Under the pieces are notes generated by a model. The model ran no database searches, was not told where the DNA came from, and worked only from the letters and a program-made list of their open reading frames with translations. Both the position numbers and the translations under genes were made by a program. A DNA stretch of 64,000 nt, taken from positions 39,550 to 103,549 of the forward strand of contig JAPDFW010000003.1 in assembly GCA_028826165.1 (NCBI GenBank), given 5' to 3'. This DNA is from Anaeramoeba ignava BMAN. Its lineage: Eukaryota > Protista > Anaeramoebae. Below, piece after piece: positions 27,716 to 40,824 of the stretch; the first letter of the stretch is position 1; each line of letters opens with the position of its first letter.

Positions 27716-27754
27716 AAGCGAGTATTTGTTTCAGTTTCTTTTTTTTGTTCCGTT

Positions 27755-28810
27755 TCAATACTATTTAAATTTAAAGAAATTAAAATTAAAATTAAAAATT
27801 AAAATAAAATTAAAAATTAAAAATTAAAAATTTATACTTTAAATTTAGTTGAATGATCACGAAGATTATCAACAAGACCTTTCCCTTTTCTTGATCCACG
27901 ATAAACCAATTCTATCACATCAATCAATTCTTGTTTTTCAACTTTAAAATTAATTTTATTATTATTACCAGTTCCGCTATCAACCATAATATGTCGATTT
28001 CTAAAGAAGAACATTATAGCAAAAGGATCATAAAGTTCATACATTTGATTAAAATCATCAACTTCAGAAATATCAACAACATAAACAACCTAAAAATTTC
28101 GGAAAAAAAAATATAAATTAATTTAATTTATTTATTAAATTATTTATTTAATTATTTATTAATTTATTTATTAATTTATTTAATAATTTATTTATTTATT
28201 TATTTATTATTTATTTATTAATTTATTTATTAATTTATTTATTAAATTATTTATTAAATTATTTATTAATTTATTTATTAATTTATTTATTAATTAATTT
28301 ATTAATTTATTTATTAAATTATTTATTAATTTATTTATTTATTTATTTATTAATTTATTAATTTATTTATTAATTTATTTATTAATTTATTTATTAATTT
28401 ATTTATTAATTTATTAATTAATTTATTTATTAATTTATTTATTTATTTATTTATTAAATTATTTATTAATTTATTTATTAATTTATTTATTAATTTATTT
28501 ATTAATTTATTTATTAATTTATTAATTAATTTATTTATTAATTTATTTATTAATTTATTTATTAATTTATTTATTAAATTATTTATTAATTTATTTATTA
28601 ATTTATTTATTAAATTATTTATTAATTTATTTATTAAATTACAGCAAAATTTTTAACTTTATCTGCAATATCATAAAGAACTTCATCAATTTCCATACAT
28701 TCTGGATCCCAATCATGTCCAAATCTAATTATAACTACTTTCTCTTTCTCATCTAAAATTGCTTGGTCAACTTGCCAAGCATTAGTTAAGTGTGTAAGCA
28801 TAAATGACAT
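27755..28810 (-). CDS. TXNL4A: U5 snRNP thioredoxin-like protein Dim1/Dib1
   Basis: Exons 28810-28643, 28089-27838 and probably 27760-27755. MSFMLTHLTNAWQVDQAI...IRFGHDWDPECM...MYELYDP...GTGNNNKIN is the Dim1 signature. Confidence 0.95.
28115..28640 (-). repeat. (AATAAATAAATT)n intronic satellite
   Basis: Read directly; Dim1 intron 1. Confidence 0.92.
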
Positions 28811-28875
28811 TTTTTTTAAATAAAAAAGGAAAAAAAATGAAAAAAAAATGAAAAAAAAATTTAATTTTTAATTTT

Positions 28876-31800
28876 TTAATTTTTTAATTTTTTTTTCTTT
28901 TCTAAAATTAAATCAATTATGGAATTTTCATTTAATTGATAATAATCTTTTAAATCGGAATATTCTTCTTCAATTATTCCTTTTTTAATTTTTTTGTTTT
29001 TATCAAATTTATTATGATAAAGAAAATAAATTAAATTTTGAATTGTTTCAATTGATTTTTTTGAATAATCATGAACTTGATTAGATGAATCTGAAATATT
29101 TAATTGAAACATTCCTTTAAATAAATCACTTCTCAATATTAACATTAATTTATGAACTTTAATTTCAATTTGATTTTCATTTTCAATTTGAATTTGAATT
29201 TGATTTTGATTTTCATTTTGATTTTGATTTTTAATTTGATTTTCATTTTGATTTTGATTTTGATTTTGAATTTGATTTTGAATTTGATTTTGAATTTGAT
29301 TTTGAATTTGATTTTGATTTTCAATTTGATTTTCATTTTGATTTTGATTTTTGATTTTGATTTTCATTTTTAAATAAAAAGGAATTTTGAAATTTTGATT
29401 TTGATTTTTGATTTTTGATTTTCAATTTTCTTTTTTAAATCAATTTTGATTTTGATTTTTTTGATTTTGATTTTAAATTTTGAATTTGATTTTCAATTTT
29501 TTTTTGATTTTTGTTTTTTCAATTTGATTTAAATTAAATTTTGAATTTTTTGATTTTTGAATTTGATTTTGATTTTGATTTTGATTTTTGATTCCTTTGA
29601 TTAAATCACTTTTCAATTTTGATTGATTTTGATTTTCATTTTGATTTTGATTTTGAATTTGATTTTGATTTTGAATTTGATTTTGAATTTGATTTTGATT
29701 TTGATTTTGATTTTGATTTTGATTTTGATTTTGATTTTGATTTTGATTTTGATTTTGATTTTGATTTTCAATTTGATTTTGATTTTGATTTTGATTTTGA
29801 TTTTGATTGATTTTGATTTTGATTTTCATTTTGATTTTGATTTTGAATTTGATTTTGATTTTGATTTTGATTTTGATTTTGATTTTCAATTTGATTTAAA
29901 ATTATTGTAAAATCTTTTGTTGCTTCTTCTGTATATAATCTTTTAAAATCTTTCAATATCCCTTTTATTCCTTTTTTCTTTTCAATCCATTTTGAATCAA
30001 TTCCAATTTCTTTGAAAAATTCATAAATAATTTCTTTTTGTTTTTCAACAAATTTTGAAATTTCATCTGTTGTTTGAATATAAATGGAATTTTCAGAAAT
30101 TAATTTTGGATGAATTAATTCAAGAGAGGGAAATCCTGTATAAAGAAAATTTAACAAAATTTCAACTTCTTCTTTTGATTTCTGGAAACAATTATTGTAA
30201 AACTTTTCTAAAATTAATTCATTGTTATCAAATCTTGTTAAAAGAATTAATTTATGAACATGAAATTTGAAACCATCATTTGATTGGATTTGATAATCAT
30301 AAAATTCATTTGATTTTAATAAATTAAGCAAATCTTCACTAAATGAAAAAATTTGACAAAATAAATTGATATATTTCTTTGGAATGTAAATTTTAACTAA
30401 ATCATCAAAATCAAAATTCTTCAATAAAAATTTAATTGCTTTAATATTTTCATAATCAATTGCAATTAAGAAAGGTGTTCTATTTTTATCTTGTGAATTT
30501 AGTTCAAAACCTTTTTGATAAAATAGTTTGAGGAATTTTTTTGAATCTTTTCGATACTCACAAAGATAATGAAGAGGTTGCTTGAATATAAATGTTTTAG
30601 GTTGAATATCAAATCCTTTTGAAATGAAAAAGTCAATAATTCTAAGTCCAATTTCTTTTTCTTGATATCGAGAAACAATCAATATAGGCAGATCTTGAAT
30701 TTGGTTGCTTAAATTAATATCAGCTCCTTTTTCAACAAGATATTTGATAATTTCAAGTGAATTTTCATGTTTTTGATATCTACAAACATAATGCAAAGTT
30801 GTTCCTTCATATGAACCGATAATATTAATATCAGATCCTTTTTCAATTAAGTATTTGATAATTTCAAGTGAATTTTGATTTTTGTGATATTCACAAACAT
30901 AATGTAAAGGTGTTCTTCCTAAATTCTCTTTAGCATTAATATCAGCTCCTTTTTCAACAAGATATTTGATAATTTCAAGTGAATTTTGATCTTTTTGGGA
31001 TTTGCAAACACAATGTAAAGGTGTTTGTTTATATGAATCTTGAATATTTATTTCAGCTCCGTTTTCAACAAGATACTTGATAATTTCAAAATCTTGTTTT
31101 TCGCAAGCAACATGAAGAACTGTTTGCAATTTTTTGCATTTAGAGTTTATAATAAACCCTTTCTCAACAAACAATTTAATAATTTCAAGTAATTTTTGAT
31201 TTTGATTTTGATTTTGATTTTGATTTTGATATTGAAGAAGAAGATGCAATGGTGTTTCTTCATTGTGATTTTTTGTATTAACATCAACACCCTTTTTAAC
31301 AAGATATTCGATAATATCAAGTGATTTTGGATTTTTTTCATTTTTACAAGCATAATGCAAAGATATTCCTTCATATGAACTTTGAATATTAATATCAGCT
31401 CCTTTTTCAACAAGATATTTGAAAATATTAATTGAATTTTCATTTTGATTTTTACAAACTCTCATTAATGGTGTTTCATGATCTGGATTTCGAATATTAA
31501 CATCAGCTCCCTTTCCAATTAAATAATCACACATTTCAATAGAATTTTGGAATTCACAAGCAGTATGTAGATATGCATTTCCACCAATATTTTTAACATT
31601 TATATCGAGTCCTTTTTCAATAAAATATTTCATCATTTCAAATTTATTTTCATTTTTGATATCCACAAATATAATAAAAAGGTGTATTTTTTAAATTGTT
31701 TTGAGCATTAATATCAGCTCCTTTTTCAATAAAATACTTGATAATCTCAAATAAATTTGATGTTTGTTCGTTTTTGCAAATGTAATGAAGAGGCGTATCT

Positions 31801-32692
31801 TGAGATGTATTCCTCGCATTAATATCAACTCCTTTTTCAATAACAATTTTTATAATCTCAAATAAATTTGGGCAATTCGATCGATCGCAAATATAATGCA
31901 AGGTTGTGTTTTTGTTTACACCTTTTATATCAATATCGGCGCCTTTTTCAAGAAGATATTGAAAAATATCAAACAAATTCTCAACGTGATTATTTTGACA
32001 AACATTTTGCAAAGGTGAATCATTATATGGTCGATTAAGATTCACATCAGCTCCATTTTCAATAAAGAATTTGATAATTTCGAAGATGTTTTCAGTTTGA
32101 AAATAACAAACTAAGCCCAAAGGAATTTTTTCATATGTTGTTTTTTCATTGATATCAATTCCTTTTTCAAGAAAAAGTTTTGCAATTTCAATTATTTTGC
32201 TTTTTGGGTTTTTGCAAGCATAATGAAAAGCCAATTCTCCATTATGTTCTTTCAAATTAATATCAGCTCCTTTTTCAATTAAATATTTGATAATTTCAAG
32301 TGATTTCTCGTTTTTATTTCCGCAAATCAAATGTAAAGGAGTATCTTTTCGAAAATTTTGTGAATTAATATCAGCTCCTTTTTCAATTAAATATTGGATA
32401 ATTTCAAGAGATTTTTGATTTAAATTTTCATTTTCACAAATTAAATGCAAAGGTGTTTCTCCAAAATTTCCTTTTGAATTAATATCAGCTCCTTTTTCAA
32501 TTAAATATTGGATAATTTCAAGTGATTTTTGGTCATGATTTTCATTTTCACAAATTAAATGTAAAAGTGTTTGTTTTGCAAAATATCCTTTTGTTGAATT
32601 AACATTAGCACCTTTTTGTATTAATAATTTGATTCCATCAAGTGAATTTAATTCAAAACTTTAAATAATTTTGAATTTAATTCTTCATTCAT
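28876..32692 (-). CDS. Ankyrin-repeat protein with two C-terminal BTB/POZ-like domains
   Basis: About 20 ankyrin repeats (TPLHxxC...[15 protein letters not shown]), then [24 protein letters not shown] and KDFTIIL-[NQ tract][20 protein letters not shown]. Apparent indels near 32656, near 31655 and within 29370-29880. Confidence 0.82.
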
Positions 32693-32739
32693 TTTTTTTT
32701 AATAATAAAAAAAAAAATTAAAAATTAAAAAAATAAAAA

Positions 32740-32768
32740 TCATTTTTTTCATTTTTTTCATTTTTTTA
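32740..32768 (+). promoter_or_regulatory. Triple TCATTTTTT initiator-like motif upstream of BABAM2
   Basis: Three tandem copies 26-54 nt before the ATG, inside a 101-bp divergent spacer. Confidence 0.55.
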
Positions 32769-32793
32769 TTTTTTATTTTTATTTTTTATTCTT

Positions 32794-34935
32794 ATGGCAA
32801 ATAATAACAATAATAATAATAATAGCAATCAATTTTTCAATCAAGAATTTGGAAATCAACAAATTGGAAACCAATATGGAAATCAATATGGAAATCAATA
32901 TGGAAACCAATATGGAAATCAACAAATTGGAAATCAATATGGAAATCAACAAATTGGAAATCAATATGGAAATCAATATGGAAATCAACAAATTGGAAAT
33001 CAATTTGGAAATCAATATGGAAATCAATATGGAAATCAATATGGAAATCAGCAAATTGGAAATCAACAAATTGGAAATCAATATGGAAACCAAAATGGAA
33101 ATCAACAAATTGGAAATCAGTATGACAATCAATTTTTCAATCAAGAATTTGGAAATCAATATGATAATCAATTATACAATGAATTATATAATGCATTTGA
33201 AAATCCGCAAGTTGAAAAACAAGTTGAAAAAGAAGTTAAAAAAGAAGTTCAAAATCAAATTCAAAATAAACAAATTGAAAAACAAGTTCAAAATGAACAG
33301 ATTGATAACCAACTTGATAGTCAATTCAAACAGCAAAAATCCAAAAACAAACAACAATCTAATACCCAAAATTTGGATTTATATTTAAATTCACCAGAAA
33401 CTTCAAATGATAAAAACCTTCTTGAACCATCAAAAATTCTTCCTGCAATTTTGGAAATTGAAAACTTTAATAAAAATAGTTTAACTGTTCAATTTATTCC
33501 TGAAAACTTTCGTAAATCATCTTCATCTGATAAATATTGTGATCGATTTCATATAAAAATTTTGTATTGCACAAAAAGTTTTTTATGTAAATTCATTTAT
33601 AAAAATTAAAATTCATTTATAAAATTAAAATTCATTTATAAAATTAAAATTAAAATTAAAATTCATTTATAAAATTAAAATTAAAATTAAAATTCATTTA
33701 TAAAATTAAAATTATTATTAAAATTAAAATTAAAATTAAAATTCATTTATAAAATTAAAATTAAATTTAAAATTAAAATTAAAATTCATTTATAAAATTA
33801 AAATTAAAATTATTATTAAAATTAAAATAATAAAGGGGATGTTATTTATGATAAAGATAATCTATCAATTTGCTCCTGATATTATTCTCCCAATTAATGA
33901 AGAATTTTCAATAGAAATATCACAAATACCTTCTTTAAACAAATGGAATTCAAACGATAACAAATCATTATTAAATGTATTAAATGAAATTTTTGGAATT
34001 TTTATTAAAAACCAACGGAAAATTTTTGAGGAATTTTCAAATCCAACAATTCAATTTCAATATACAACAATAATTGACATGGAATCATCACAATTTTTAT
34101 TTGATCAAGAAACTCAATCAGTTTTATTTGTTATTGGAATTGTAGAAGGATATTTGAAAAATCATAAATTTATTTTTGAATTTCAACCTCCTTATCAAAA
34201 ACCTTTAATTTCATTATTTGATTCTACAGGAAAAAAAATTAATTTGGAAATTCCTATTGAATGGACTTTGGAATCATATATTCCCGAATATATTAATATT
34301 TATCAACAGAAAATTCAAGAAAAAGAACAAAAAACAAAACAAGATCAAAAAATTAAAAAACAAATGATTAAAATTTGTTGTGGAATTTTTGGAAAGTAAT
34401 TTTTTGAAAGAAAAAGAATAAGAATTTTTTTGAAAATTTTTAAATTAATTTATTAAAAAAAAAAGACCTTTAGAATATGATTCAAAAACTTTTACAAAAG
34501 TTTCCTTTTTATTCAAATTTAGTTCACAATTTTCATTTATTACAACTTGTAAATTTAAATTAATATAAAAAATATAAATTCAATTTAAATTTAAATCAAA
34601 ATTTAAATCAAATTCAAAAAATAGTTGAAATGCCACAAAATTTTCCCAAATCAAAACCAATTGTTGCAATTCAAACAGTTAATTTTTTTTCAAAAGGAGT
34701 AACAGTTTATAGAAAATTAGAGGATTTTCCATATTCACCAACACTTTCACTTGATAAAATGGTTGAAGCAATTAGAAATTATATTGTTGTATATGTTACT
34801 GATCTTGATGAAAAATGTCAAGAAGTAACAAAAAAAAGACTTGAAAGAAAAAAAAAACTTGAACAACAACGAAGAATGATTGAAGAACAACAATATGTAT
34901 ATCAACAAACAGATCCTTATTCTCATCGTTGGTGA
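32794..34935 (+). CDS. BABAM2: BRISC/BRCA1-A complex member BABAM2 (BRE/BRCC45)-like, with QYGN-repeat N-terminus
   Basis: Exons 32794-33586, 33836-34395, 34466-34548, 34625-34935. CDRFHIKILY...WDVIY...APDII, PLEYDSKTFTKVSFL, PQNFPKSKP and FPYSP match BRE motifs. One apparent frameshift near 33850-33865. Confidence 0.78.
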
Positions 34936-34969
34936 TTTCCAATTATTTCCTTAATTATTTTCCTTTATT

Positions 34970-36415
34970 TTCAATTCAATCCAATTCAATTCAATTCAAT
35001 TCAATTTAAAATTCAATTTAATATTCAATTCAATTTAATTCAATTATATTTAATATTCAATTCAATTTAATTCAATTCAATGTATTCAATTCAATTCAAT
35101 ATTCAATTCAATTGAATTCAATTCAACGAAGAATATATTGAAGAATTCAAATTTAATATTCAATTCAATTTAATTCAATTCAATTTAATATTCAATCCAA
35201 TTCAATTCAATTTTATATTCAATTTAATTCAATTCAATTCAATTCAATTCAATTCAATTTTATATTCAATTTAATTCAATTCAATTCAATTCAATTCAAT
35301 TCAATTCAATTTAATATTCAATTCAATTTTATATTTAATTTAATATTCAATTCAATTCAATTTAATTTAATTTAATTCAATTTAATATTCAATTTAATAT
35401 TCAATTCAATTCAATTCAATTCAATTCAATTCAATTTTATATACAATTTAATATTCAATTCAATTTAATATTCAATTTAATATTCAATTCAATTTTATAT
35501 TTAATATTCAATTCAATTTAATTCAATTCAATTTAATATTCGATTTTATTTTGAATTCAATTCAATTCAATTCAATTTAATTCAATTTAATATTCGATTC
35601 AATTCAATTCAATTTTATATTTAATATTCAATTTAATATTCAATTCAATCCAATTCAATTCAATTTAATTCAATTTAATATTCGATTCAATTCAATTCAA
35701 TTTAATTCAATTCAATATTCGATTCAATTCAATTCAATTTTATATTTAATATTCAATTCAATTCAATTCAATTCAATATTCAATTCAATATTTAATTCAA
35801 TATTCAATTTAATTCAATTCAATTTTATATTTAATATTCAATTCAATTCAATTTTATATTTAATATTCAATTCAATTCAATTCAATTCAATTCAATTCAA
35901 TTCAATTCAATTCAATTCAATTCAATTCAATTCAATTCAATTCAATTCAATTCAATTCAATTCAATCCAATTCAATTCAATTCAATTTTATATTTAATTC
36001 AATTTAATATTCAATTTAATTTAATTCAATTTAATTCAATTTAATATTCAATTTAATTCAATTTAATTTAATATTCAATTCAATTTAATTCAATATTCAA
36101 TTCAATATTCAATTTAATTCAATTTTATATTCAATTTAATCCAATTCAATTTAATATTCAATTTAATATTCAATTCAATTCAATTCAATTTTATATTTAA
36201 TTCAATTTTATATTTAATATTCAATTCTATTTAATATTCAATTTAATATTCAATTCAATTTAATATTCAATTCAATTTAATTCAATTCAATTTAATATTT
36301 AATATTCAATTCAATTCAATTCAATTTAATTCAATTCAATCCAATTTAATATTCAATTCAATTCAATTTAATTCAATTTAATTCAATTCAATCCAATTTT
36401 ATTTTAAATTCAATT
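34970..36415. repeat. (AATTC)n satellite between convergent genes
   Basis: Read directly. Confidence 0.95.
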
Positions 36416-36539
36416 CAAAAAATAAAAAATTAAAAAAAAAGATTATCATTTTTTTCTTAGTTTTTTAATTTGTTTCATTAAAAAAAAATTGAAACAAATC
36501 GCACATCAAATTAATTATTGAATTAATTATTAAAAAAAA

Positions 36540-39500
36540 TTAATAATTATTTTGAATTTGAATTAATAATTCAAACCACTTTTCAAGATTAAAATCATTT
36601 TCAGAAGAAATTATTATTTCTTGTTTTGTTGGAACTTCAGTCATAATAGAAATTTGTTTAACTTTCTTCTTATTAAATTTAGAAGTTTTCTTCAATTTAA
36701 CAATCTTCAAAAAACCAGTAATATGAATAATATCAATCAAATCTTTAAAACAATTAACTGGTAAATTTTCATAAATTGCAAGAAATTCAAGTTTGAGAAC
36801 AAAATAAACTTTGTTCCATTTTTTCTTTGATTTTCTTCTCATTAATCCAAATCCTTCCATTAATGTTGGTGTTTTCCAATTATCTTTCCACAAAAAAAAC
36901 AAATTCCTATTTGCAAATGTTTTTCCTGATTCAAATTTTCTTGCCGCTTCATTTTGACTTAAGGTGTCTTCAGATATTTGAGACTTTTCTTGATAAACAT
37001 CTTCTGGAATTGTTAATGAATCACTATATTCAGTTTCTCCGCTTGTTTCACTTAAATCCTCTGATTTATTTTTATCGCTTGTCATTTGTGATAATTGTGA
37101 TTCATTTGTTCCAATAGTCGATTTTTTTTCTGTGTGTTTTGTTGATATTTCTGATAAAAGTTTCTCAATAAATCCAATTTCCTTCATTAAAAACCCAATT
37201 TTTTCATTCAATTGAGTTGTTTCTCTGATCATTTTTTCTGTTTTATAAATTTCTATTTTCGGATTTTGTATAAGTTTCTTTTCTTTGATAAATCTTCGAA
37301 CTGATAAAAATAAATCATATCCATTTGCTTTACTTTGTCTCACATTTTGTAATTGTGAATCATATAATTGTGCCAAAAAGGATAATGGTGTATTCTTTAA
37401 GATTTTTTCCATTGTTAAATGTGTTGGATAACAAATTTCACCTTCAAAATTCTTTTTTTTTTTTTTTTTTGTTGTTTTAATAAAAATTTAAAGAAATTAT
37501 TTTAATTTTTTGTTTTCTTTTACAGAAATTCTTTTTAATAATTCAGTTGTTTGCGATGATTTTGCTTGAATTTCTTGATTTAAAGGTTGCAAATAAACTC
37601 TATTTGATCCAAATTGTTTTCCTGTTCCTAAAGCTTGAATTGCTGAAGATAAAAGTAATAAACCTCTTTCACTTTCAGAATCGATAGAATCTAATTTTTA
37701 TTTTTTGAAATTATTATTTTTTTTGGAATATAAATTTCTTTTTGAAAAATAAAAACAAACAATCAATAATTCCAAATGAAATTGGTAATAATATTGCTGG
37801 ACATAAAAATCTTAAAAATATTAAACTTCCAATCGCCTTTTCAAATTCTTCTAATCCCATAACCTCCATTTCATTTCTAATATGTGATGTGATTATTCTA
37901 AATCCAAAAGGAATTTTATCTGAAGTTTCAATAATTCTGTCAACTAATTTATGGAAATAAAACTTCAAATTTTTAAAGTTTCTTGCAATATTTTTAGGCA
38001 TTGCAATATAAGGATCCATTTCAAAATGCAAGTTATTTTTACAAATCTCATCAACGATATCATGGAAAGTTTCATGTAAATAATCCTTTGCAAAATGCGA
38101 TGAATATTTTGTTAATATTTTAGCCAAAACATCATTGGCTCTAAAAAGCATATCAGAATTTTTTTTAGTGATAATTTGTCGAGAAACTAAAAATTTAATC
38201 ATCGGAATAAAAATATCAAGTTGCAAAAACAAATAATAAAAATTATCCACAAGTTGTGGTTGAAATGATAAGCAATTTTCTTCATCAAGTGCTGCTTGTA
38301 AAAATATAATATCCTCAATAAACAAATATTCCCCAAGAATTTCCATTCCTTTCTCAATAACTTGTGAATTGGTATTTTTTTCATTTCCAAACGCTTTAAA
38401 TTCTTGATTCATTTTCGCAATTGATTTCTCAACTAATTCTTTTGATTTATCATCTAAAATCCTGTTAACAATCGCTCTAATTGTATTTCCAAGTGCAATT
38501 TTTATGGTTTGTGAAACTACCAATTGAGATTTTGATAGAGAATCCTTTTCTGTGAAAAACGAGAAATAATGATTTAATATTTTTGTCAAATTGATAAAAT
38601 CAACCAATCCAAATATGGCTGTATCAAGACTCTTATAAATAATATTTCGAATTAATTTCATTTGATCTAAATCATTTTGAACAAAAATTAAAATTAAAAT
38701 TAAAATTAAAATTAAAATTTTTTTTTGTTATTGTTTCTTGTGTTTCTCTTTCTTTCTTGAATTTACCGGAATTAACAAATGAACTTTCAATTAATTCTGA
38801 TGTTAATCTTGCTGTAATTTGCTGTTTAACAACCATTGTAAATGTAAATAAATCAAATAATAAAGATAATGATAAATTAGCTTCTTTTTCCAATTTACAA
38901 TTTTCTTGTATGATTTTTTGAATTTGAGAAGAAATGTATAAAGGATCACATCCATAATTATCTTGTGTTAATAATTCTTGATTAATTTGTTGTTGAATAA
39001 TTGGATTAAAATGATTTAAATTTAATTTAAGAATATCATTAATAATTTGGAAAAACAAATTTCGATTTAAATTTGAAATCAATCCCTAATTTTTTAAAAA
39101 TATATATTTAATAAAATTTATATAAATTTTTTTTTATTTTTTACATAATTATTTCTTAAATGAAACAATCTAAGTTTTTGGAAAAAGTCTAATTTTTGTG
39201 AATCTGAATTATTTGAATTTTCATCAATTTCTTCAAAAATTTTACTAAAAGTTTGAATAACAGTTTCAATTTTATGCATTTCTTGAAATTGTAAGAATGA
39301 GAATGATTCTAAATTAAGGAAATGGAATATAAAATCATCTTTAATTGTAATTTTTTCATTTTCAATTTCATTTTCATTTTGATTTTCATTTTGATTTTCA
39401 TTTATATTTTCATTTTCATTTTCATTTAAATTTATATTTTCATTTTCATTTTCATTTAAATTTATATTTTCATTTAAATTTTCATTTAAATTTATATTTT

Positions 39501-40714
39501 CATTTTCATTTTCATTTTCATTTTCATTTTCATTTTCATTTTCATTTTCATTTATATTTTCATTTTCATTTTCATTTAAATTTTCATTTTGATTTATATT
39601 TTCATTTTCATTTTCATTTTCATTTTCATTTAAATTTTCATTTTCATTGTGATTTATATTTTCATTTAAATTTTCATTTTCATTTTGATTTATATTTTCA
39701 TTTTCATTTTCATTTTCATTTTCATTTTCATTTTCATTTTCATTTTCATTTTCATTTATATTTTCATTTTCATTTTTCTTGCTTTTTTTTGATTTTAAAT
39801 TTTTTGTAAAATTAAATAATTCTTTATTTGAAATCATTTCAAATTTTTCTTGTTGAATTGAATTCATTAAATCATCTTGACTAAATCCAGTATCTTCTTG
39901 AGAATCAAAATTAGAATCAAAATCAAAATCAGTTGAAGTACTTGAAGTTGAAAGAACTAAATCATAATCAAAATCTTTTTGTTTAGTTTTAATTTCTAAA
40001 TTTTGATTTTTATCCTTTTTTTATTATTCATTTAAAATTTAATTTTTAATTTTGTTTTTGATTTTTTTTTTAAAAAATTTTTACATTTTTTTGATCTTCT
40101 TTTTCTGTTTCAATTTCTTTTAAATTTGGTTTCCATAAAAAAATATTAACTAAAAATTGAATAATTTCAGGTTCATCTCCCTATTTTTTAATATAAAACA
40201 TTATAAATTATAAATTATAAATTAAATTTTTTGTTTTAAATTCTTTTGTTTTAAAATTCACTTCAATTAAATTATTAGGATTAAATAAAAAACCAGTATA
40301 ATCAGTTTCTTTTAAAAAATCAAGTATTTTTAAAGCTCTTTCATAATAATTTTGTAAATTTGAAATTGATAAAAAGTTTTCATTTTGAGATAAAATGAAT
40401 AAAAGTTGAGATAAAATTAAACAATCCTTTTTTAAAATTTTAAATAAAAATAAATTTAAAATTTAATTCAAAAAAAAATTTTTTTTTCTTTGATTTTTTT
40501 AAAATTTTAAAAAATAAACTTTTAAATCGGTTTTAATATTTGAAATTTTCAACGTTTTTGAATTAATTTTAAATTGAAAATTAATCCATCTTTTTAATAA
40601 TTCAAGAGGATGAACAGTTTCAATTTTTTCATTTTGCTTCTTTTTTAATCTAAAAATATCTTTATGAAATGCAACTTTTAAAAGAATTTTACGATATTCT
40701 AATCTGTTTGTCAT
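36540..40714 (-). CDS. RasGAP-domain protein with N-terminal calponin-homology domain and C-terminal PH-like domain
   Basis: 8 phase-consistent exons: 40714-40520, 40426-40262, 40180-40085, 40014-39145, 39085-38767, 38666-37761, 37690-37524, 37451-36540. CH: LLKRWINFQF...TDLKDCLIL; RasGAP: LFRAN...IFLRFLCPAI; PH: EGFGLMRRKSKKKWNKVYFVL...EKWFELL. Confidence 0.85.
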
Positions 40715-40824
40715 GTTCTAGTTAAATTTGAAAGAGAAAAAAAATAAAAAAATGAAAAAAGAAAATTTTGGATTAAAAAAAAATTTTTTTATTATATTAA
40801 AAAAAAAAAACAAAAATAAATTAA

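Noticed and set aside
31645-31666. Euplotes-like programmed +1 frameshift at AAA-TGA in the ankyrin gene
   Set aside because: Other breaks in the window go in both directions (+1 at ~3227; -1 at ~705 and ~32656) and sit in homopolymers or repeats, which fits long-read indel errors better.
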